Made by a program: the position numbers and the translations under genes | NCBI GenBank assembly: GCA_040756235.1 | Contig: JBFLZG010000132.1 | Coordinates: forward strand, 1-64,000 | Length of the DNA: 64,000 nt | Direction of reading: 5' to 3' | DNA from: a bacterium | GTDB taxonomy: Bacteria > Desulfobacterota > DSWW01 | Notes under the pieces: model-generated | The model's database searches: none | Told to the model about the DNA's origin: nothing | Seen by the model: only the letters and a program-made list of their open reading frames with translations | In this document: positions 57,114 to 64,000 of the stretch, in pieces | Numbering within the stretch: the stretch's first letter is position 1 | Layout: every line of letters starts with the position of its first letter

Positions 57114-58427
57114 TCATCCACGCCTTCCCCGAAGTCTCCCCTTCTTCAGGAACCCCTCGTAATGACGGGTGAGCATGTGGGATTCGATTTGCGACATCGT
57201 GTCCAGGGCCACGCCGACGACGATCAGCAGCGCCGTCCCGCCGAAGTAGAAGGGAACGTTGAACTGGCGGATCAGGATCGTCGGGAGAACGCATATCGCG
57301 GACAGGTACAGGGCACCGCCCAGGGTGATCCTCGTCAGGACCTTGTCGATGTAGTCCGCGGTCCGTTTGCCGGGGCGGATGCCCGGGATGTACCCGCCGT
57401 ATTTCTTCATGTTGTCGGCCACGTCCACGGGATTGAACTGAACGGCCGTATAGAAGTAGCAGAAGAAGATGATCAGGGTGACGTAGAAAAGCTCATGCAC
57501 CCATGCGCCCGGAGACAGGAGCATGGCGATACTCTGGGCCCAGGGCTGGTCGATGAAGTTGGCGATCGTTGCCGGAAACATGAGCAGGGAAGATGCGAAT
57601 ATGGGCGGAATGACGCCGGAGGTATTGACGCGCAGAGGCAGATGCGTGCTGGAGCCGCCATAAATCCTCCTGCCCACCACCCGTTTGGCGTATTGCACGG
57701 GAATCTTGCGATGCCCGCGCTCCATGAAGATGATGGCCGCCACGACCGCAACCATGAGGAGCCCGATGATCAGGAACGTGAAAATGCTCAGCTCTCCGGT
57801 CCCGATCATCTGCCCGGTGTTGTAGATGGCCGAAGGCAGCCGGGCCACGATGCCGCCGAAGATGATGAGCGAAATGCCGTTGCCGATGCCGTTTTCACTG
57901 ATTCGTTCGCCCAGCCACATGATGAAGGCCGTCCCCGCCGTCAGGGTGATGACCGTCATGAGACGGAACCCCCAGCCGGGCATCGGGACGACCAGGTCCC
58001 CGACAGGAGACCTCATGCTCTCAAGCCCGAAGGCGATCCCCATCCCCTGAATGGCGCTCAGGACGATTGTTCCGTACCGGGTGTATTGAGTGATCTTCTT
58101 GCGCCCGGCTTCGCCCTCCTTCGACAGGCGCTCGAGATAGGGCACCACGACCGTCAGCAGCTGCAGGATGATCGAGGAACTGATGTACGGCATGATGCCG
58201 AGCGCAAAGACGCTCATCTGGCTGAGCGCCCCCCCCGCGAACATGTCGATGAGCCCCAGCAGCGAGCCTTTGGCCTGCGACTCGAAGAAGGCGGCCAGGG
58301 CGCTCCCGTCGATGCCGGGTGTGGGCACGAACACGCCGATCCGGTAGACGGCCAGAAGCAGAAGGGTGAACAGAATCCTCTTCCGAAGCTCCGGAATCTT
58401 ACCGATGTTTGTAAATCCGCTTATCAC
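57114..58427 (-). CDS. secY: Preprotein translocase SecY
   Basis: [35 protein letters not shown]. Confidence 0.97.
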   Translation of the reverse strand: MISGFTNIGKIPELRKRILFTLLLLAVYRIGVFVPTPGIDGSALAAFFESQAKGSLLGLIDMFAGGALSQMSVFALGIMPYISSSIILQLLTVVVPYLERLSKEGEAGRKKITQYTRYGTIVLSAIQGMGIAFGLESMRSPVGDLVVPMPGWGFRLMTVITLTAGTAFIMWLGERISENGIGNGISLIIFGGIVARLPSAIYNTGQMIGTGELSIFTFLIIGLLMVAVVAAIIFMERGHRKIPVQYAKRVVGRRIYGGSSTHLPLRVNTSGVIPPIFASSLLMFPATIANFIDQPWAQSIAMLLSPGAWVHELFYVTLIIFFCYFYTAVQFNPVDVADNMKKYGGYIPGIRPGKRTADYIDKVLTRITLGGALYLSAICVLPTILIRQFNVPFYFGGTALLIVVGVALDTMSQIESHMLTRHYEGFLKKGRLRGRRG

Positions 58428-58877
58428 TCAGGTGATCTCCTCGATCTTCCCGCCTGCATCCAGGATCTTCTTCCTGGCCCCTGCGCTGAAGCCGTGGGCC
58501 CGGATCGAAAGAGGGGCCGAGACTTCTCCCCGGCCCAGGACCTTCACGCCGTCTTTCGCCTTCCGAATCCTGCCGGCTTCCATCCATTGGGAGAGGTCCA
58601 TTTCCAGACCTCCAGCCGCCATGCGCATCAAGTCGTCGAGGTTCAAGGCGGTCATCTGTCTGCGGGTCGGATTGTGGAACCCCCTCTTGGGCAGGCGCCG
58701 GTTCAGAGGCATCTGGCCGCCTTCGAAGCTGGGGGCGATGTTGGCCCCGCTCCTGGACCTCTGCCCCTTGTGTCCTTTGCAGCTCGTCTTGCCGTGCCCG
58801 GACCCCGGCCCTCGGCCCACCCGCTTCGGCTTCTTGCGGCTCCCGGCTGCCGGCTGTAGTTTCCTCAGTTCGTCCAT
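58428..58877 (-). CDS. rplO: 50S ribosomal protein L15
   Basis: GRGPGSGHGKT, FEGGQMPL.RRLPKRGF. Confidence 0.96.
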   Translation of the reverse strand: MDELRKLQPAAGSRKKPKRVGRGPGSGHGKTSCKGHKGQRSRSGANIAPSFEGGQMPLNRRLPKRGFHNPTRRQMTALNLDDLMRMAAGGLEMDLSQWMEAGRIRKAKDGVKVLGRGEVSAPLSIRAHGFSAGARKKILDAGGKIEEIT

Positions 58878-58902
58878 GCAAGCCTTCCTTCCACGGAACG
58901 GG

Positions 58903-59091
58903 TCAGGCTCTTCTGACCTCGATCAGGTGAATGACCTTCGCCAACATCCCGCGGATCTCGGGGGTATCTTTCAGAACAACGACCTTGTTGAGCTTGGTCA
59001 GACCCAGTCCACGCAACGTCTCGCGCTGTTTGCGGGGCCTCCCGATTCCGCTTCTCCGCAAAGTCACCGCAATCTTCTGTCCGGATTCCAT
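58903..59091 (-). CDS. rpmD: 50S ribosomal protein L30
   Basis: RS.IG.....RETL.GLGL, IRGM. Confidence 0.93.
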   Translation of the reverse strand: MESGQKIAVTLRRSGIGRPRKQRETLRGLGLTKLNKVVVLKDTPEIRGMLAKVIHLIEVRRA

Positions 59092-59107
59092 GACGGACCC
59101 ATTCCTT

Positions 59108-59638
59108 TCAGATGGAGGAGGCAGCGCCGCCAAAGCTCGCGTGGAGTTCCTCGGCCTTCTTGCCCCGCTTGCCGGCGATATGTTCAGGGGACTGCAGCTG
59201 TTTCAATCCGTCCAACGTGGCTTTGGTGACGTTGTGCGGGTTGCGTGAACCCAGGCACTTGGTCGAGACGTTCTGGACTCCGGCGGCTTCCATGATGGCG
59301 CGAACGGCTCCTCCGGCGATGATTCCGGTCCCTTCCGCTGCGGGTTTGATCAAGACCCTGCCGGACCTGAAGTGGCCCAGAACGCGATAAGGAACGGTGT
59401 GGCGCAGGAGAGGGACGGAAATGAGAGACTTCCGCGCCCGGTCCACCGCCTTGCGTATGGCGTCCGGCACCTCGTTCGCCTTGCCCAGGCCTACGCCGAC
59501 CCGACCCTTGCGGTTGCCGACAACGACGAGCGCGTTGAAGCTGAACCGTCGTCCCCCTTTCACGACTTTGGCGACGCGGTTGATGTGTATGACTTTGTCG
59601 ATGAACTCCTCTTCGCCCGCGTATTGATTCTCGGCCAA
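59108..59638 (-). CDS. rpsE: 30S ribosomal protein S5
   Basis: [29 protein letters not shown]. Confidence 0.96.
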   Translation of the reverse strand: MAENQYAGEEEFIDKVIHINRVAKVVKGGRRFSFNALVVVGNRKGRVGVGLGKANEVPDAIRKAVDRARKSLISVPLLRHTVPYRVLGHFRSGRVLIKPAAEGTGIIAGGAVRAIMEAAGVQNVSTKCLGSRNPHNVTKATLDGLKQLQSPEHIAGKRGKKAEELHASFGGAASSI

Positions 59639-59692
59639 ACCCATTCTCCTCTTGTCCAACCGACCCTTACGGACGGCCTGCCCTGAACACGC

Positions 59693-60064
59693 TCAAAAAT
59701 CCAAACCGGCTTCCCGTGCCGCGTCGGCAAGCGCCTTGATGCGGCCGTGGTAGAGAAAACCGTTTCGATCGAAGACGACCTTGATGATGCTCTTGTCGAG
59801 AGCTTTTCTCGCGATGACGGTGCCGACCTGCCTCGCGGCCGCGATGTTCGTCGATTTCTCCAGCGACCCCGCCAGCTCCTTGCTGAGCGAAGATGCGGCG
59901 GCAAGGGTCTTGCCGAGCAGATCGTCGACCACCTGCGCGTAGATGTGCTTGTTGCTTCGGAACACGCACAGACGAGGCCTCTCGGAGGTCCCACGGATCT
60001 TGTCTTTGAATCTCTTCTTCCTGCGGTCCCGTGCGACGGCCCTGGGGTTCGTCTTTCTCATCAC
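59693..60064 (-). CDS. rplR: 50S ribosomal protein L18
   Basis: [26 protein letters not shown]. Confidence 0.96.
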   Translation of the reverse strand: MMRKTNPRAVARDRRKKRFKDKIRGTSERPRLCVFRSNKHIYAQVVDDLLGKTLAAASSLSKELAGSLEKSTNIAAARQVGTVIARKALDKSIIKVVFDRNGFLYHGRIKALADAAREAGLDF

Positions 60065-60091
60065 ACCTGCTCCCTCGGCAGGAAGATCCTG

Positions 60092-60631
60092 CTATTTGGC
60101 GCCCGCTTTCCCGACCTTCCGGCGGATCTTCTCCTCCGCATACTTGATCCCTTTGCCCTTGTAAGGCTCCGGTCTTCTGAGGGCGCGAATCCTTGCCGCA
60201 GTCTGTCCCAGCAGCGCCTTGTCGAAACCTTTCAGAATGAGCTGCGTGGGCTTCGGCAGCTCGGCGGAGATCCCCTCCGGCAGAGGAAAGGGAATCCGGT
60301 GCGAATACCCGAGCTGGAACACCAGCTCACCGCCCGTCACCTCGGCCCGATACCCGACGCCCACGATGTCGAGCTGTCTGCTGAAGCCTTCCGCAACGCC
60401 TTTAACCATATTGGCCACCAGGCTGCGGGTAAGGCCGGAGAGAGCATCCGCTTTCCTGTGGTCCGCCTTCTTCTCAACTTGTATCCCGTCGGGCTCTACC
60501 CGCAGCGAAAGGGAAGGGTGGATGGATTCCGACAGCTGGCCCTTGGGCCCTTTCACGACGACGATCGCATCCTCCAGGGTAACCGAAACACCCTTGGGTA
60601 CGGGGACCTTCTTCTTTCCGATCCTGGACAT
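60092..60631 (-). CDS. rplF: 50S ribosomal protein L6
   Basis: MSRIGK, GVGYRA, PEPYKGKGI. Confidence 0.96.
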   Translation of the reverse strand: MSRIGKKKVPVPKGVSVTLEDAIVVVKGPKGQLSESIHPSLSLRVEPDGIQVEKKADHRKADALSGLTRSLVANMVKGVAEGFSRQLDIVGVGYRAEVTGGELVFQLGYSHRIPFPLPEGISAELPKPTQLILKGFDKALLGQTAARIRALRRPEPYKGKGIKYAEEKIRRKVGKAGAK

Positions 60632-60695
60632 TCCCGAATTCCCTTATCCGCCAAGTAAGTTGCCGGGGGTGAGCGTCCTTCCGCGGGTCATGGGC

Positions 60696-61094
60696 TCACC
60701 AGACCTCACAAAGGAGCTCTCCGCCCACCCCTTTCCGACGGGCTTCCTTGTCGGTCATGAGGCCCATGGAAGTGGAGAGGATGGCGACCCCGAGAAAATT
60801 CCGCACCGGCCGGATATCGTCCTTCTTCACGTAAATCCGGACGCTCGGCTTGCTGACCCTGCGGATGCTCTCGATGGCCGATTTCCTGTTTTCGAGATAT
60901 TTGAGCCACACCCTGAGGACGTTCTGTTTGTTGTCCGGCAGGACCTTGAAATCCGAGATATACCCCTCCTGTTTCAGGATCTGCGCCATTCTCTCGATGA
61001 GCTTGGAAGAAGGGATATCGACGGTCTCGTGACGTGCCTTTGCGCCGTTACGAATGCGGGTCAGAAAATCGGCCAATGGATCATTGAGACTCAT
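60696..61094 (-). CDS. rpsH: 30S ribosomal protein S8
   Basis: DP.AD.LTRIRN, STS.G, GGELLC. Confidence 0.96.
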   Translation of the reverse strand: MSLNDPLADFLTRIRNGAKARHETVDIPSSKLIERMAQILKQEGYISDFKVLPDNKQNVLRVWLKYLENRKSAIESIRRVSKPSVRIYVKKDDIRPVRNFLGVAILSTSMGLMTDKEARRKGVGGELLCEVW

Positions 61095-61154
61095 CTCGTT
61101 GGCTCTGCCTCCGTGAATCGGTGCGGAAAGGGAGAGTTCATGGCAAAATTCCTG

Positions 61155-61340
61155 CTACCAGCTTGATTTCGTGACGCCCGGGAGGTCACCCCTGAGCGCC
61201 AGCGTTCGGAGGCAGATTCTGCACAGCCGAAATCGCCTGTAGTATCCTCTGGGGCGGCCGCAGAGCGAACAACGATTTCGATACCGCACCGCCATCTTGG
61301 GCGTTTGCTGTGCCCGCAGGATTTGTGCTTTGCGTGCCAA
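61155..61340 (-). CDS. rpsN: 30S ribosomal protein S14 (short Zn-binding type)
   Basis: RCSLCGR...LCRIC.R, PGV.KSSW. Confidence 0.95.
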   Translation of the reverse strand: MARKAQILRAQQTPKMAVRYRNRCSLCGRPRGYYRRFRLCRICLRTLALRGDLPGVTKSSW

Positions 61341-61355
61341 GAAAGAACCTCCTTG

Positions 61356-61895
61356 CTAGTTGCGGAAGGGCATGCCCAGATTGCTGAGAAGGACTTTCGC
61401 CTCCTCGTCGGTTTTCGCGGTCGTGACGATCGTGATGTTCATGCCGCGCACTTTGTCGATCTTGTCATAGTTGATTTCCGGGAAAATGATCTGCTCGCGG
61501 ATGCCGAAGGAAAAATTACCGCGGCCGTCGAAGGACTTCGAGGAGATCCCCCGGAAGTCCCGCACGCGGGGCAGAGCGATGTTCGTCAGGCGATCGAGAA
61601 ACTCGTACATGCGGTCTCTGCGCAACGTGACACAACAGCCGATCGGCATTCCGGCGCGCAGCTTGAAGTTGGAGATCGATTTGCGGGCACGCGTTATGAT
61701 CGGCTTCTGCCCGGTGATGAGAGAGAGCTCCTCGGCGGCGTGATCCAACACTTTGACATTCTGGATCGCTTCGCCCAGACCCATGTTGACGACGATCTTC
61801 TCCATGCGCGGGGCCTGGAGGGAATTCTTGTAGCGGAACTCCTTCATCATGACAGGAACGATTTCCTGGTAATATCTTTCTTTCAGCCTAGCCAT
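61356..61895 (-). CDS. rplE: 50S ribosomal protein L5
   Basis: [29 protein letters not shown]. Confidence 0.96.
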   Translation of the reverse strand: MARLKERYYQEIVPVMMKEFRYKNSLQAPRMEKIVVNMGLGEAIQNVKVLDHAAEELSLITGQKPIITRARKSISNFKLRAGMPIGCCVTLRRDRMYEFLDRLTNIALPRVRDFRGISSKSFDGRGNFSFGIREQIIFPEINYDKIDKVRGMNITIVTTAKTDEEAKVLLSNLGMPFRN

Positions 61896-61939
61896 ATTCG
61901 CACCCATGGTCCTGATCGGAACGAGCAGGAAGGAATCGT

Positions 61940-62275
61940 TTACTTCTCGAACAGATCGCCACACTTCTTGCAGAACCGGACCTTCTGGCCGTCCTCCAGC
62001 AACTTCCGGCCGATCCGGACCGGCTTGTTGCACTTCGGACAGAGCAGCATGAGATTGGACAGCGGAAGGGGGGCCTCCTTCTGGATGATCCCGCCCTGCC
62101 GGAGCTGCTGACTGGGGCGCGCGTGCCGCTTGATGAAATTGAGCCGCTCGACCACCGCCTTCTCTTTCTCCGGCAGCACGCGGATCACCTTGCCGGACTT
62201 GCCCTTCTCTCTTCCCTTGATGACCATCACGATGTCGTTCTTCTTGATCGATCTCTTTTGTTTGGCTGGCTGCAT
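61940..62275 (-). CDS. rplX: 50S ribosomal protein L24
   Basis: V.VI.G..KGK.G, GGI..KEAP...SN. Confidence 0.95.
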   Translation of the reverse strand: MQPAKQKRSIKKNDIVMVIKGREKGKSGKVIRVLPEKEKAVVERLNFIKRHARPSQQLRQGGIIQKEAPLPLSNLMLLCPKCNKPVRIGRKLLEDGQKVRFCKKCGDLFEK

Positions 62276-62294
62276 GCCTGTCTGCCTCTCATCC

Positions 62295-62663
62295 TCAAAC
62301 CACTTCGGGGGCCAGGGAGATGATCTTCATGAAATTCTTGGCACGAAGCTCCCTCGCCACAGGTCCGAAAATTCGTGTTCCGATCGGCTCGCCCTGCGGG
62401 CTGATCAGGACCGCCGAGTTGTTGTCGAAGCGAATGTACGAACCGTCGTTACGGCGCACCTCCTTGCGGGTCCGCACGATGACGGCGCGGTGGACATCCC
62501 CCTTCTTCACCTTGGACGCAGGTAGGGCTTCTCGAATGGACACGACGATCACGTCTCCCAACGATGCGTACTTGCGCCGGGTCCCGCCCAATACTTTGAT
62601 GCAAAAGACCTTTTTTGCCCCTGAGTTGTCCGCCACATCCAGCACCGTTTGCATCTGGATCAT
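62295..62663 (-). CDS. rplN: 50S ribosomal protein L14
   Basis: [20 protein letters not shown]. Confidence 0.97.
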   Translation of the reverse strand: MIQMQTVLDVADNSGAKKVFCIKVLGGTRRKYASLGDVIVVSIREALPASKVKKGDVHRAVIVRTRKEVRRNDGSYIRFDNNSAVLISPQGEPIGTRIFGPVARELRAKNFMKIISLAPEVV

Positions 62664-62959
62664 CGCGCCTGTTCCCTTCCCCCTGCTCCGGCCGGCTCGG
62701 AAGTCTCAGCGGTCTTCAAGATCTTGGAGACGGCCCACCTCTTGGTCTTGCTCAGGGGCCTCGTCGAGACGATCTCGACGAAATCTCCCTCTTTGCAGAG
62801 GTTCTTCTCATCGTGAGCGGCGTATTTCTTTCTCCGCAGCAGGTACTTCTTGTAAAAGGGTTCCTTGACTTTTCGCTGGACGGAAACCACCACCGTCTTG
62901 TCCATCTTGTTGCTGACGACCGTCCCTTCGAGACGAGGCCGGCCTTTACTGATTGGCAT
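62660..62959 (-). CDS. rpsQ: 30S ribosomal protein S17
   Basis: [26 protein letters not shown]. Confidence 0.96.
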   Translation of the reverse strand: MPISKGRPRLEGTVVSNKMDKTVVVSVQRKVKEPFYKKYLLRRKKYAAHDEKNLCKEGDFVEIVSTRPLSKTKRWAVSKILKTAETSEPAGAGGREQAR

Positions 62960-63161
62960 CTCTCTCCCCCTTGCCCCCTTGCCTTTCCCGGAGAACGGTC
63001 TTGATCCGGGCGATGTCGCGCCTGACCTGCCCGATCCTCGCCGTATTTTCCAGCTGGCCTGTAGCGTGCTGGATCTTCAGATTGAACAGCTCCTCGACCA
63101 GCTCCTGCTCTTTCTGGCCCAGCTCATCCTGGGTCAAATCACGAATCTCGCCAGCCTTCAC
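62946..63161 (-). CDS. rpmC: 50S ribosomal protein L29
   Basis: GTG start; ELFNLK.Q...[14 protein letters not shown]. Confidence 0.93.
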   Translation of the reverse strand: MKAGEIRDLTQDELGQKEQELVEELFNLKIQHATGQLENTARIGQVRRDIARIKTVLRERQGGKGERDANQ

Positions 63162-63574
63162 GTCAACTCCTCCCGCATGATGAACCGGGTCTTGATCGGC
63201 AGCTTGTGGCCCGCCAGGCGGAACGCTTCCCGCGCGATCTTCTCCGGCACGCCGTCGATCTCGTAGAGGACCCGTCCCGGCCTGATGACGGCGACCCAGT
63301 CCTCCGGCGCACCCTTGCCGCCGCCCATTCTGGTTTCCGCGGGTTTTGCCGTGATCGGTTTGTCCGGAAAGATCCGGATCCAGATCTTGCCGCCGCGTTT
63401 GACGTGACGGGTGATGGCGATACGCGCTGCCTCGATCTGACGCGCCGTGATCCATGAGGGTTCGGTCGCCTGAAGGCCGAACTGGCCAAAGCTGATCGTC
63501 GCCCCTCGGGTGCTCTGGCCCTTCATCCGTCCCCGTTGCTGCTTTCTGTACTTGATCTTCTTTGGACTTAGCAC
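63158..63574 (-). CDS. rplP: 50S ribosomal protein L16
   Basis: [23 protein letters not shown]. Confidence 0.96.
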   Translation of the reverse strand: MLSPKKIKYRKQQRGRMKGQSTRGATISFGQFGLQATEPSWITARQIEAARIAITRHVKRGGKIWIRIFPDKPITAKPAETRMGGGKGAPEDWVAVIRPGRVLYEIDGVPEKIAREAFRLAGHKLPIKTRFIMREELT

Positions 63575-63580
63575 CGCGCT

Positions 63581-64000
63581 CTAAGCTCCTACCGAATCCT
63601 TGCGTTTCTTCTCGTCTCCCGGAAGGACCTCTCCTCGGAACAGCCATACCTTGACGCCGATCATGCCGTAAGTCGTCTTGGCCTGGGCAAAGCCGTAATC
63701 GATGTCCGCCCGGAGCGTATGCAGAGGAACGCGACCTTCCCGGTACCATTCGGATCGGGCCATCTCCGCTCCGCCCAACCTTCCTCCGCAACCGATCTTG
63801 ATACCCAAGGCTCCGAACTTGAGAGAGGTGGAGACGGCCTTGCGCATCGCGCGGCGAAAGGCGACCCTCCTCTCGAGCTGCAGAGCGACGTTCTCTGCGA
63901 CGAGTTGGGCCTCGGTCTCCGGCTTGCGGATCTCCAGTATGTTCAGGAAGACCTCCTTGCGCGTATGCCGCTCCAGCTCCTTTCGGAGTCGGTCGACCTC
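63581..64000 (-). CDS. rpsC: 30S ribosomal protein S3 (5' part outside window)
   Basis: [24 protein letters not shown]. Confidence 0.96.
   Translation of the reverse strand, partial: EVDRLRKELERHTRKEVFLNILEIRKPETEAQLVAENVALQLERRVAFRRAMRKAVSTSLKFGALGIKIGCGGRLGGAEMARSEWYREGRVPLHTLRADIDYGFAQAKTTYGMIGVKVWLFRGEVLPGDEKKRKDSVGA

Overview
A GC-rich bacterial chromosome segment; gene content suggests an anaerobic Deltaproteobacteria/Desulfobacterota-like organism (inference). (1) 55-11.7 kb: a minus-strand operon with a TetR repressor, a 997-aa glycyl-radical enzyme (GRE) carrying an unusual N-terminal SCP2-like lipid-binding extension, its activase, and a YCF48/RND/DUF1302/DUF1329 envelope cassette. 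This is the best candidate for an undescribed system: radical chemistry on a hydrophobic substrate. (2) An ATP-dependent DNA ligase. (3) 13.5-24.9 kb: a glycine-reductase-type operon (gntR, grdE-like, grdB-like, trxB, grdC, grdD, trxA, grdA, ackA) with two selenocysteine UGA codons that the ORF track splits. Its substrate-specific component B is non-canonical, and a class III aminotransferase is divergent from it. (4) 25-48.6 kb: lipid/acyl-CoA and housekeeping genes, including lepA-hemW, a dynamin-like GTPase pair, etfBA and a split ACAD10/11-like pair. (5) A small sigma-54 regulatory island. (6) The S10-spc-alpha ribosomal operons from rpsC to rplQ, without adk. Five copies of a MITE-like element (clear 4-bp target duplications at two copies) and other REP-like repeats occupy intergenic space. 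No tRNA, rRNA, CRISPR array or transposase was found. All family calls come from motif recognition, not database searches.
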